From NCBI GenBank assembly GCA_904063045.1, contig CAJFCJ010000020.1, forward strand, positions 1,418,916 to 1,482,915: a DNA stretch of 64,000 bases, written 5' to 3'. This document shows positions 11,262-24,167 of the stretch, in pieces. Below the pieces are notes generated by a model. It was given only the letters and a program-made list of their open reading frames with translations, was not told where the DNA came from and ran no database searches. The position numbers and the translations under genes were made by a program. Position 1 is the first letter of the stretch. Each line of letters opens with the position of its first letter. The DNA is from Dimorphilus gyrociliatus. Taxonomy: Eukaryota; Animalia; Annelida.

Positions 11262-14200
11262 ATGGAAGAAAGTTCTTTTGACAACAAATATGAAGTAATT
11301 GGCGATGCAATTGGGCAGTAAGTAAAAATTAAACTTATATTCCTATATTATCGTAACATTTGTTTACGCGTATAACTGACATTCATTTCCGTAACTTTAC
11401 TTTATTTACAATCAAATTAAATCATTAAGCCATATAGTCGAACGAATTTTTAAAAAGAAGCGATAATTAACTATTAAATTCTTTTATTTTTTCGCTAACA
11501 ACTCTATAACTTTGATATTGGAAAGTGTTCTATTGTTATTCTTTTTTACGTGTAAAAAATGGTATTGTTAGAGAGAAATTACAATTTGGTATTTCCATGA
11601 TTAATCGTTCAAAAAGATACTATTATAATGCATCTATTCCTAATTAAATAGTCGGTAATGTGTTAGTCACGAATGAAATTTTAGTTTATAAAAATTGAGA
11701 GCACCTAAGTGAAAGGTATTGAAATTTAAATTTATCGTTTTGTCTAACGAGTGTACTTTTATTGTATTTACTATAATTTCGGCAGTAAAACTGACATAAA
11801 TTAATGGATTGGTTTAAGTATGATTCTCTCCAACAATAAATCACATGCATATATAAGAAAATCGGCCAAAATAGCATTAACTGATTGTTATGTGAAAAAA
11901 AATTCCTGTTTTCATTGTATTCCTACATAAAACAGCTCATTATTTATGAAAATAATTCTCTGCCTTTTTATTAGTGATATATATTACAGCATTGTATATG
12001 TATATACATATCAATTTGATAGATAAAAAAAGGCTATTATATAATACGATTGCTCATAATTCTGATTGTTATATTTTTCAGCGGTCATTTCGCCACTGTT
12101 TATAAATGTCGTGAGAAATCTACAAACAACTTCTATGCTGCTAAACGGATACGACATGCAAGAAATACTTTATCTAAATCCGGCGCCCAGCAGTCCGATA
12201 TAGACAGAGAAATAAGCACGTTAAAATCTTTAGATCATCCTAATATTATAAAGCTCTACGATGTTTTTGCTGATGTAAAATCTATTGGTAGAAATGGCAA
12301 AGTTTGTGGTAAAGAGACTATACTTATCCTTGAACTGTAAGTATACTGATTTCCATCTTGCAATGGGACAATTTTCTTAAAACAACTAGGAAATTAAAAT
12401 ACAATTTAATTAAGGAAACGTATCGATTCTGATAGAATTCTTTTTTGAGCACAATATTTAAGCCTCATATAGACTGACTAATTAGGAGACTAAAGTAAAT
12501 CACGATAGCATAGTATTATATTTGTACAAATGAGAAATACGCTGCAATGAATATTAGCTTGAATAACATTTACTCAAAAAGCCTAGTGTTTGATCTTTTC
12601 AACTCGGCAATATAGTACGCACTCTCATAGGTACTTTTATAGTTGAACTTTGACTGAGAAATATGCAAATGCTGCAGCTATTTGCAAAAATATATCTGTT
12701 CTCTAAGTAATATTATCTACAATTACAACATTCTAAATTGTTCATTTTAAAGAATTTAGTTACTTGTGTGAAATTTCTTCCATAATGTCACAGATGAAAT
12801 GTGGACCATTTTATATGTGAAAAGTGAGAGTTTTTTTTTCAATGCCTCGCATGGATGAATTATTTTTTTCATTTATAAAAATTTTTGTCAGCTTTGTAGG
12901 AATTTTATATATTAATTGAACAGGTGATAGGAGTTGCTTTTGAGGTCATTCCTTTCTTTTTCATAGGATCTCATTATAAATAAATTTCTGGTAAATTTGA
13001 CAAGTTCTTTTAAAATAATCTTTGAACTTTTGACAGTAATTTACTATCTTCAAAGAAACGCTGACATATATTTATATCTTTACAGGGTAGAAGGTGGAGA
13101 ACTATTTAAAAAAATATGTGAAGAGGAAGTTGCTTGCGAGGTGGATGCTATTTATTACTTGCGTCAAATTTTGGCAGGTCTCAAGCATATGCATTCAAGA
13201 AATATTATACATTTGGATATAAAACCAGAAAATATAATGCTAGATAAAAATGGTGAAAATGTTAAAATAATAGATTTTGGTTTGGCTAGAGATTTATTAC
13301 ACGATTCAAATATTGATTATCGCATGGCTGGAACAGTTCCGTACTTCGGTATTTTATATTTTTTACATAAATTGGTACCTAATTTTGATTTATATGTAAT
13401 TGTACTTCAGCTCCTGAGAGAATAAATGCAGATCCTGTATCACCTTACGCGGATATGTGGAGTTTGGGTGTTGTTGCTTGCATTTTGTTTGTAGAATAAG
13501 AACATTTTCTAATTGATTATCTTAATTATGATATAATTGTTTTCTAATAGATTGACTGGAGTAAATCCATTCGAATGCACTGATCAAGATTTGCCATTAA
13601 AAACGAGACAACAAGAAACTACATCTAATATAACAAAAGGAGAAATAGATTTAGAATCAGAATATTTTGATTCTACCAGTGAAAATGGACAAGATTTTAT
13701 TAAGAATCTCCTATGCCCAAATGCAAACGATAGAATGTCCGCTGAAGAGTGTTTACAGCATCCATGGATGGTTGATGAAATTCCGACAAATCATAAACGT
13801 CGTAGCTCTCAATTAAATGTTAAGAATCTACGATCTTTTATGGCTAAGGAAAGATGGAAGGTTGTGTTTTCTCTTTTTTATATTTATAAAACATCACAAC
13901 TGTTTGTAGAAAATATTTTTTTAGCGTGTCAAATCAGAAAAGATATTGCTAATCGTAATGAGCAATAGCTGTTATACTTGTTCATTCTCACTACTAGCGA
14001 TTAAAGTAAATGTTTATGATATTTACAGAGTGCTGTCTACTCCATTAGGGAATGTTTAACCATCAATAAACGCCTTAGTTTGCCTACACACCTAATAGAA
14101 AATCATAAGGTAAGTTAAAAAAATTTAAATTTTATCTTATTACGAACGTTTTCGCCATAATTTAGGACTCTGAAAAGCAATAATTGAATTCGAAGGGTAT

Positions 14201-17200
14201 AGACATGTTTGCGATATAAACAGTATATTATTAACATAATATACAGCATTTATTTTATATTCTGTACATGTATTCGCTTTCATAATTTTTTATTAGCATT
14301 TCATGCAATTATTATTGCCATAGTAATTGAATAAAGCCAACTTTGTTTCTGTAATCTTAGCTACAAAAAGCCTCTCTGATTCTACTATTAAAATTCTTGA
14401 TATCAGTCTTCTATTTTGGTGCAGGTAATTTTATCTTTCCTAGTTTGAAAATAATTCATCATACTGGATTAGATAAAAGACTATTAATAATATAACATAG
14501 AAGTAAATTATAATACATATATACATAATTCTTATCTAGTATTCTGTAACTTTTAGTTGTTATAATTTGGTGAAATTCCTGCATCATGCTGCATGAGGTT
14601 ATTTTATTTTATTGACAGTATGTATATATGTATTTAAAGAGGGAAAGTAATATTAATAGTAGACGGATTGTCTGATATATGTGTAATTTATTTTATGTAT
14701 CTTAGACTGGGCTGTAACAGTATATATATAGAATTTTATCGGTAGATATTTTGTATATCTAAATCGATAAATAAATTTATAAAACTAAGATGCTAACATA
14801 ACCAAAATACCTATGTTTTTCGTAAAACGCAAGGGGAAAAGAAAACAAATCATGTGAGTTTTTTTTCTTGAAGCCTTTCAGAAGACTAGAATTTTTCATC
14901 TAACGGTACTTTGATACATATAATCTGGGATATATTAATGAAGAATTATTATAATATCTCCTAACTGAATTTTGGAAATTTAGGTAAATGCGCCATCTAG
15001 ATTTTTCTGAATTAAAAGAGGCAAATATCATATAAGCATTATTGTGAACAAGTAAACAATTCTGTTCAATATGATGCTCTATGTTAAAAGTAGTATTGAA
15101 TACTGCATTATTCACCTGTTTAGCTATGTGTAGGAATTAAAAATATGAAGGAAATGTTATACGTGATTGAGGAAGAAGAAGACTATGATTTGGATGAGGC
15201 AGGAATCGATACGGTCGTATAGCATTTCCTAATTGATTGATAGTCGCAAACGCCCAAAAAGACGCCTAGAGGCGTCTCGCAAAGAATTCCGCGCAGTAAT
15301 TTTCCCATCTCATTCCTACAGGACGACGATGACTGCAACGTAGTTAGTCGGGCTTTATTCAGCGCCGCGCGACAAGGAAATTTGGACGATTTAAAAAACT
15401 TATTGGCGACAGCTACTTCTTTGGATATTCATCAAAAAAATCGACACGGCGAAAGCATTATGCATTTAGCTTGCAGCTCAGGAGGAGTTAAAATCGTAGA
15501 TTTTTTGCGACAGAAAGGTGTCGATTTTGATGTACGTGATCAAAATGGTGACAATTTAGCCTATTGGTCAGCGAGACAGGGCCATGTAGAAATCTTAAAA
15601 TTCTTAAAAGAAAACGGCGTAGATTTGAACGGAGAAAACGATGTTGGAGAGACGCCCTTACATGTTGCAGCAAGATATGGTCATTCTGATGTCGTAGAAA
15701 TGCTTTTAGAAGCGGATTGTGACGTTAATAAGCAAGATAAATTGGGTGAGACTCCTCTTCATAACGCAGTTTTCCATGCCCTTCCATCAATTTGTAGGAA
15801 ATTGATAAAAGGCGGTGCGGAGATTCACATTCCGAATAAAGATTTGGAGACACCCTTACACATAGGATCCTATAGGGGAAATGTTCACTGTGTCGAAGTA
15901 TTGCTTCAAAATGGAGCTAAATCCATGCCAAATGAAGACGGGAAGACGCCATTAGATTTAGCTTGCCATCGCAAGCACGTAAATGTGGCGTTGACTCTTT
16001 TGCATTCTGATTGCGAGTTCGGCGAATCTGCTTTATTTACAGCTATTCAAGAAGATCTTTTGCCTGTTATTCAAACCATGTGCGCTTTTGGGTGTAAAGT
16101 AAATATTCGCAACAAAGAAGGGCTAACTCCTCTCAATCTTGCATCTAAATTAGGTAATGTTGAGGCTGTTAGGTGCCTCCTCTTGTCAGCAGCTGATTTA
16201 GAAGAAGAAATAAAACCAAAAGAATTACAAATTGCTGAATTATTCGATAAGGTCAATACAATCGAGAAGAGGCAATATTTCACACGTCAATTAATGCCTG
16301 GAAAAGAACCTCTCAATAGAATAAAAGTAAAAATATTTGGTAATAATTCTGTCGGAAAAACAACATTGATAGATTCTTTAAAATGTGGACTATTTACTGG
16401 TTTTCTACGACGCTCTAAATTTGTTGTAAGCACAAGAGGAATTGATGTCCAACAGACTTCAATAAATGGTGCTGGAGATGTAAGTTTGTGGGAATTTTCC
16501 GGTAATGAAAGCTATTACCATTATTATGATCATTTTATTGGAGATCCAAATTGTGTACATTTGATCGTCTTTAAGCTAACGGATACTGCAAGCATTTACA
16601 CAAAACAGGTAAACCAATTTTCATAAACACTGAATTAAATCTGTTTCAAGAACCCATTAACCTATAAAACTATGTACTTCAGGTTCTTTTCTGGCTTGAC
16701 CACATCAAATCTCGATTTCCAATTCTCCAACCAATTTTACACTCCGGAAGTCAATTAATACGCGGAAGAGTGGCGCTGGTAGCCACTCACGCAGATCGTT
16801 CACCCGCACCTAAAGCCGTACTTTTTCAAATGATGTCAAATCTCTTATCGACGGTTGACAGACTTTATTCAGCCGATTTCTTGATTCACCCGGGCATTTT
16901 TATGGTTGATTGTTTGTCGGCAAATTCCCCAGGTCTGAAGAATATTCGAACTTATATTGGGGATGCGAAAGAGGACATTACACAGTTGATACTTAGGCCA
17001 AACGCTTTTTACGAAACAGTCTTATCTGTCTTGCCTACTCTTAGAAAAAGTACATCAAAATATGGTTGGAGCGAATTTCTTATGGTGACTAGAGATTTAA
17101 ACCCTTTAGCCAGTGAAGAGCATGTAAGACAAGTTGTAACTCTTTTGCAATTGGCTGGGGAGGTCGTCTATGTAGAAGGAGACGACGATGACTATGTTAT

Positions 17201-18182
17201 TCTTCAGCCGAGATGGCTCTGTGATTTATTGTCATCAGACGCTCATACTGATTTAAAAGCTTTGAAATTTCTTGAGATATTAGGACTTTGTGCCGAAGTC
17301 TCTGAAGATAATTTCGAATTTCCCAATAAAAACTCTTCATGCATTAGATTGGAAGACACATGGAAGAGAAAACAATATGATGTTTACGGGGGTTTGCGCC
17401 TTATACCCACAGGCGTCTTATTAAATCATATGTTCTCTCGAGTACAAGTTGTTCTAAGGAAATTTTGTAAATCATCAGGCCTCGATTTGACTCAATGGTT
17501 AAATAGTTCAAAGGTGTCTTCGGTTGATGTGGAATTGCTAATAACATCTAGAAACAACTCAATAGACTTGCAAATGAGATCCAATGATTACAAATTTTCT
17601 TTCCTAGATGACATTTGCAAAATTGTTGAGAAGACTATACTGTCTATCTGTCCAGGCTGCCATCTCTCAAGAAATCCTCTATCACCACATTCTCTTAAAA
17701 ACTATCAAGAACCCAAGTTTTATCATACATCTGAAATTCTCAAGGCACAGCTAGAAGATTTAGAAGTCTTAAAATACAACAGAATAGAAGAAGATTACGC
17801 TCATGTTGTTTGTCTAGGAGATAGCGTAGTAATAACTCCTGGAGTGCATTTGAATGCTTCAGCTTTACCTTTAATAGCTAAAAGACGATTAGCCCAACTG
17901 CTAGATCCACCGGATAGTCAAGGTAGAGATTGGTGTCTACTAGCTGTTGAACTGGGACTAGAAGAAACTCTGCCATCAATAGACAAGATACCAGGAAAAT
18001 CTCCCCCGTCTAGAACTATTCGCTGTCTTGACGAATGGGTAAAAAATGAGCCACTTTCTGCTACTATTTCCAAACTAATAGAAAAGCTAGTAAAACTCGG
18101 AAGAGAGGATGCTGTGAACACTATTTTACAAATGGCTCCATTGTATAGTGTGTTAGATGACGAGAGACTAACGTATACTTAA
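11262..18182 (+). CDS. DAPK1: Death-associated protein kinase (kinase, CaM-regulatory, ankyrin repeats, ROC-COR, death domain), ~1305 aa
   Basis: Exons 11262-11317, 12082-12336, 13086-13348, 13411-13486, 13551-13860, 14029-14109, 15124-15213, 15322-16608 and 16683-18182 total 3918 nt in frame. Motifs: GHGHFATV, basic loop, HLDIKPEN, DFG, APE, ERWKSAV (CaM region), ankyrin GETPLH repeats, P-loop GNNSVGKTT, WEFSG, death domain LDPPDSQGRDWCLLAVELGL. Confidence 0.93.
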
Positions 18183-19872
18183 CTATTGTGAATACCAATT
18201 TGCTATTAATCTTGCCAGATAGTCAACAAAACTAGAAATTAGTAAATTTCATATACTTCTCAATAATGAATATTTTTATACTGTCCTGTTTGGCCACCAT
18301 ATGTCGAAATAACTACTTGAACAAGGAAAAAGATCACACTTCCAAAGATATTTTAAACAGAAGAAAATTACAACAAGCCTTATATGTATTTTAATTGAAG
18401 ATTTTTTTCCCTATATTAATAACTACTGATTTCTTTTGTACTCCACTATTTTTGTTATAATGCTTTTTTTCTCTTTCACCCCTTTTTTACATTTACCCTA
18501 AGAGCACATTTTGCACTTTTATTTGGATAACATTACTATTTTATTCATTTATTACACTTCGTAAAATGCCATTGCACTGTAATCAATGACAAATCTTCAT
18601 GCCTTGTTTATGTTTCCTCTATTCGTTTATAGGCCATTCACCAATAGTAACCGCGATTTTTTGTGTTCACATTTGTTTAATGAATTTATTTATTTAGTAC
18701 GAAATTGTCAAAAATTTTACATATAAAAAAGCCAAGACTACTTCTCAACGATTATTTTTATGTCCTCTTTACGCTTAACAATTTGGGTTAAAATTATAGG
18801 CTTAAAATATGTGAGCCAAAAACGTCATTTAGGTCTAGAATATTCTCGATAAAATTGAATTTATTTCGACTCCCTCCGGAATAGAAAGATTATAGGACTA
18901 ACGATTAATTTAATTTATCGTATTGTACAGAGAAAATGAAAGAGATAATATTCTAATGGGTAGGATTATCACGTTGTGATATTTTTACTTGATCTGTTAC
19001 CTTTCTTCTACACACTTGTAACATCTCTTATCTCTTTTATCCCATTTTTCTGTAATAAAATCTAATAGAATAGAAATATTTTTATGATAATTTTCCCCTT
19101 GTTAGATATTAACTAAGCAGTATATTCTCTTGGTGGAAAATATGAATTATATGTGTAGACATAAATAGCCCTAAATTATTATTTAGATTTGGCGTTGTAG
19201 TGTTTAACGTGTTAGCCCTTCTTGAAGAAAGTGGCTTAGCCTCAACATATAACAAAAGAATGTCATTCAATTCTCAGGCTGACAATATTCAGCTGTGACA
19301 AGCTCTTTTTTAAGTACGTATTTAAATTAGAACATTCGACCATACGCTGAATAGCCTCTCCTCTGTTAAATATATATATATATATATATATATACAAATG
19401 TATATTGTGTAATAGACCCCTTAAAAATTCCAATATCTGCTTAGTCTCATCAAAATATAAATTACATTTTAAAATAGGCTGTTTCATTCATGAAAAAATT
19501 TATTTTTGTTTGAATAGTTTAACAGTGGAAAAAAGAAGAAAAGGATTATCATGGTATTTATGAGTGGAATAAGCCATATTAACATTTTAGATTGAGAACA
19601 ATCCCAATGCAAGATAAAAAAAATTTTAATAACTATGCATATATTTTTAACTTATTTAAATATCCACCAATCATGAATGGTAGGAAGATTTTTGAATCCC
19701 CGCCCACAATTCAACCAAATATATTGAAATTTTTGTTAAGTTAATAATTATAAACTAAAAAATATCTCTAATTTTTGGGCTAAAATAATAAAATTTTTAC
19801 ATATTTAGATTTTATACGAAAATAATTTAAACGTAAGCCGGCCTTGAAGGATTCGACCTCTGCTATTTCAAG

Positions 19873-20642
19873 ATGGACGCCGACGGATTGAAGTTGATCT
19901 TTCTCGCTTTAGTAGCAACGACTTTCTGTGGACTTGGTAAGATATCATACATTATTTATGTATTTAGTTGATTTAGATACAAATGCGATGTTTTATGGTC
20001 GAAAATGAGCTCACGTTAAAAAATAACTTTCCATTAAAATTGATTGCTTGAATGCAATCATGCATTACCCAGCGCCACAGATCGACACCATGCTTTCAAG
20101 CATGATCGATCAATTTACTACAAATTTTCGAGTATCTTAAGCTATTATTAATATTATTATGTATATATAAATACATATTCGATCTACAGTAAAAATTAAA
20201 AACTTGAAATATGCTATCTTTTACTCTTCAGTATCTTTTTACTGACCTTCAAAGTGTTTCATTTTCAGTTTCTGGAAACGATTTTTCCTGCTACGAATGT
20301 AATAGCAAATACAATAATAATTGTACTGATACCATTGACAAAGGAACACCTACCGTCTGCACGTCATCATCACATAATCATAATGGACAAAATTGGATGA
20401 ATAAACCATTTGAATTGTGCTTCAAGTCAGTACAGTCGTTTGCTGATCAAAGTATAGTTGTTAGGGGATGTGCAGCAAAAATTGATGGTTGGAAAGATGG
20501 ATGCATCGATCGTACAGGAACTCATGGAGTAAAAATTAAATATTGTTATTGTGAGGGTGATAAATGTAATACTGCAACTTCAGCATCGCCGTCTATTCTC
20601 TTTGTGATGTGCTTATTTGGTTTACTGTTCATGATGTTTTAG
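19873..20642 (+). CDS. GPI-anchored Ly6/uPAR three-finger protein (quiver/sleepless-like)
   Basis: Signal-peptide exon 19873-19936 (MDADGLKLIFLALVATTFCGL) is spliced to 20269-20642. CYECNS...CYCEGDKCN cysteine pattern, followed by a hydrophobic GPI-signal tail ATSASPSILFVMCLFGLLFMMF. Confidence 0.85.
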
Positions 20643-21281
20643 CGTAAAAAAATTCCGAATAGCGTAGTTGTTAAACTTTATAAGGCATGCTATATTAATT
20701 GAAAAAATCTTTATATCATATAATGCAAATCTTTTAGATCATTTAACTACCATTACTTCTTATTGTTGTAAATAATAACACTGTGTTTGTCACAATTTCT
20801 ACGTTAGCGTTCATCATACCTTTCCCATATAGTTTATTTCTGCTTATAGCTTCGAAAATTGTCGTTTTAACAAATCCTGTGACCCTTGTTTTATTAGAGT
20901 TATAAATCTTCATGATCATTATTATTGAAATACATCGTTTCACCCTTATAATTTTAAGATGTATTTATTGCTGTAAATGTATGAGTAGTTTGTCTTGTTT
21001 ACGTTAATGAGCATATTAACATATCCAGGGCTACTAATCAACACCTAGTTAAGCACCCGTGAAATATTTAGCACCAGTTTAGTATTTTCAGTGGACTATT
21101 TTACAACAAATAAAGATGTCATTAGAGTGTTTTAGTCTATTTATTTCTTTTTATTGTTAACTTGGTAGAAACATAAAGAAATTTTTAAATTTCAACAATA
21201 CCAATTACTCTAAAAAATAAGCAGTGTTATAACTGCAATAGTTTGGAAAAATTAGAAATTTCATCAATTATCACTCAGGTT

Positions 21282-24167
21282 ATGCCGAAGCGAAATTCTT
21301 CCAATCAGTCTGAATTTGATCGAAAAGCCTCAGGAAAGGCTTCAATTATTTCTTTCTTCCGACAACAACAATCCTCCCTACGAGTTAAAAGACGAAAAAA
21401 ACAAAAACCTATAAATGATATTGATTGCATTATTATCGACGATAGTGACGAAACAGGCGAATGCCCTACAGAAGATTCAAATTTATATAATACTAACGAA
21501 ACTTTAGACGGTAGCTCTAGAGATTCGACAGAAAGTTTTGATAAAGATACAAAAAAAGACACTGATAATGAAAATTTGTTCTTGCGTACCGAACACAATC
21601 AAACTGTAGCGGAAAAAGTTATAATAGAGGAAATTGATAACAATGATAGTCTGGGAGAATCGATTGTTCAAGAGAATGATGATAATCTAGAACATTCGAC
21701 TTCCAAAGATAACGAAGATAGCGTTGTGGAAAATGACTATAGTCCCTACTATCTCCAAAATTTCGTTCGTATAGTTCAGAGCGTTCAGAATGATAACATG
21801 TTTGATAACTTATTCGATGAACCAGATTTAAAGATTATAGAGAAATTTTTTGAATTGTCAGGTACATCTATGACTTTAAACATTTCAAGTACTAATTGTA
21901 TTTCAAATCTTGAACAGAACAATCTAAAAAGTTATACGCTCGATTGTTTTTGAGGCGTCGTAGGTGGATACCACTTCAAAAGATTAAGTACGCCAATATC
22001 TCTGACGATTTAACATCGTTTTTAAATGAATTAGTCAAGGTCAATTTATTATACAATGGTTTGTAAAATTATGCTTATTGACTTAATTTCAACGATTTGA
22101 ACACATTATTTGTTATTAGTCGATAGTTTATCGAATTTAGACGAAGGACTTCGGTGCTTGTTAAGTAGTCAAGTAAAATTGCTGGCAAAATCATTAAAAC
22201 TCAACTACAATGAAAGTAAAACGTCATTAAACAAGGCTATAATAAAACATGCCAAATCCTCTTCGATTTCTTCTTTCTTTACGTCTGGCAAGAGTAGTCG
22301 ATCTGACATGATTCTAAGACGGTAAACTTACTATTTAAAAATCTAAGAAGGATTCTATTAAAATTTCTTATTTACTGAAGAATAAAGGATCTTTTGGGTG
22401 ACTGTTACAAAATTAATGAAATATCGAGTGATGTTTTTATGAGATGCTTTATACTCTATGCTCCGCATTGGTCGAGCGGCGATGACGATTTGACCGGCCA
22501 ACAACTCATGTTTGTTTCTATTATATATGCCTATATGCCTTATTTCTTCAACTTACGAACAAAAAAAAAAACAGCTTCCAAATGTTAAGAAGCGATATCA
22601 ACAAGTCTTTATTTCCAAAGTTCGAAATTGTCAAGCGTAGTCGAATTTTTCACAACAGACAATGTTTAAAGCATTACCAAGCAGCTTTAGCTCATGAAAC
22701 AGATATCAAAGAATTGATTTCACAAAATGCATTCGAAGATGCTTATTCTCTTTTTTCTAAAGTTCTCGAAGAATGGAAGACCTTATTCCAAGAGGATAAA
22801 GAGATGATTAAGTAAAAACTGTTTAGTTAACAAATATATGTATAGTGTACTATCGATTAATGTATTAATTATAGACTAGACGAGAAATTACCGGTATTTT
22901 TAAGAGTATTCAGCGCCGGTACCATCTATACTAGAATAATGGTTATGGGAGTTGAAATATTACAACGTTTAAAACGGTATAAAGATGCGGTCAAACTAAT
23001 AACTAGTATTCTAGATCAAAGTACCTACGGATGGCACGTTAGAGGAGCTATGTACGAAAGATTAACATTAAATTTAGACCAGCATCTCAAACGTTATGAA
23101 GATGTAAGTTTTCTATTATCTTTTAGAAACCATCTCTCTTATTACTCTTTTGATTTTAGGCTTTAAATGCTTGTCAAGACGCGCTAAAGGATGATGGTGT
23201 GAGGGTTGGACGACGATTATCAATATGGCTGAGGGCAAAACGTATTTGCAATTCCAAATCGAAAAGTTTAAGAAAAAGGTGGACAGAATTTAGTGAAGAC
23301 AAACTGCGCCTTGTTAGTGATCCTAGAGAAATTACAATTACAGCAAGCAGAGTACAGAATGCTGGTGTAGGTTATAATTGGATTAGTCAGGAGGCATCCG
23401 ATTCAACTGATGAGAATCAGGTTACCTTTCTCAGGAGAGTTGAAGACGTTGCGCTAGAGCACTATAAAACTCAGAAATATTCGGAAGGCTTACACGGAGA
23501 GTCAGCTCCTTACAGATTTCTTTTCTCGCTATATTTTTGGGATATTTTATTTTCTCCTGTGCCCGACGTATTCCATTCTCCTCTACAGATCTTTCCTCTA
23601 GACATTTACTCACCATCTTTCTATGAAAGTAGAAAAGAGCTTATCGACAATAGAATAGAAGAAATAAAGTTCGCAGGAGAAGATGTAATTAATTTTCTAT
23701 TTTTACCGATTCAAATATTAAAATAACGGAAACAACATAATCCTATTTCAGAAGCTGCTAGAACTGCTAAAAGACTCTTGGAACGACCATGAAAATATGG
23801 AATGCATATATACTAATTGGGAACTGTTTAAAAATGTTGATCATTGCAGTAGCCTAGTCAAATGTATTGGAAGTGAGCATTTAAGCGCAATATTCCACCG
23901 AATAATAACAGACGTGAGGCGAACTTTAGGCGGCATGCCTGATTTAACTATTTGGTCTCCAGAGAGGAAAATTTGGAAACTAGTTGAAGTTAAAGGTCCA
24001 GGTGATAGACTTTCTACGAAGCAAATTCTATGGTTAGATTATTTTTCGACAGTTGGCATAGATGCTGAAGTATGCTATGTTCAAGGTAAAAAGCTAGCTT
24101 TTCAGAATGACATACTTGAAAATTTAATTTTTTTGCAGCCGTTACGTCGAAAAAATTGAAAAAGTGA
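21282..24167 (+). CDS. FAN1: Fanconi-associated nuclease 1 (VRR-NUC), multi-exon
   Basis: YYLQNF...EQSKKLYARLFLRRRRW; TPR region RGAMYERLTLNLDQHLK; GLHGESA; GGMPDLTIW...LVEVKGPGDRLSTKQILWL (PD-(D/E)xK). The last intron 24086-24138 gives CYVQAVTSKKLKK*, with stop TGA at 24165-24167. Confidence 0.92.

Noticed and set aside
13925-14028. Extra DAPK exon starting at the ttag at 13924
   Set aside because: It leads to a stop and has no homology. The 14029 acceptor gives the CaM-region sequence WKSAV..I..C expected for DAPK.
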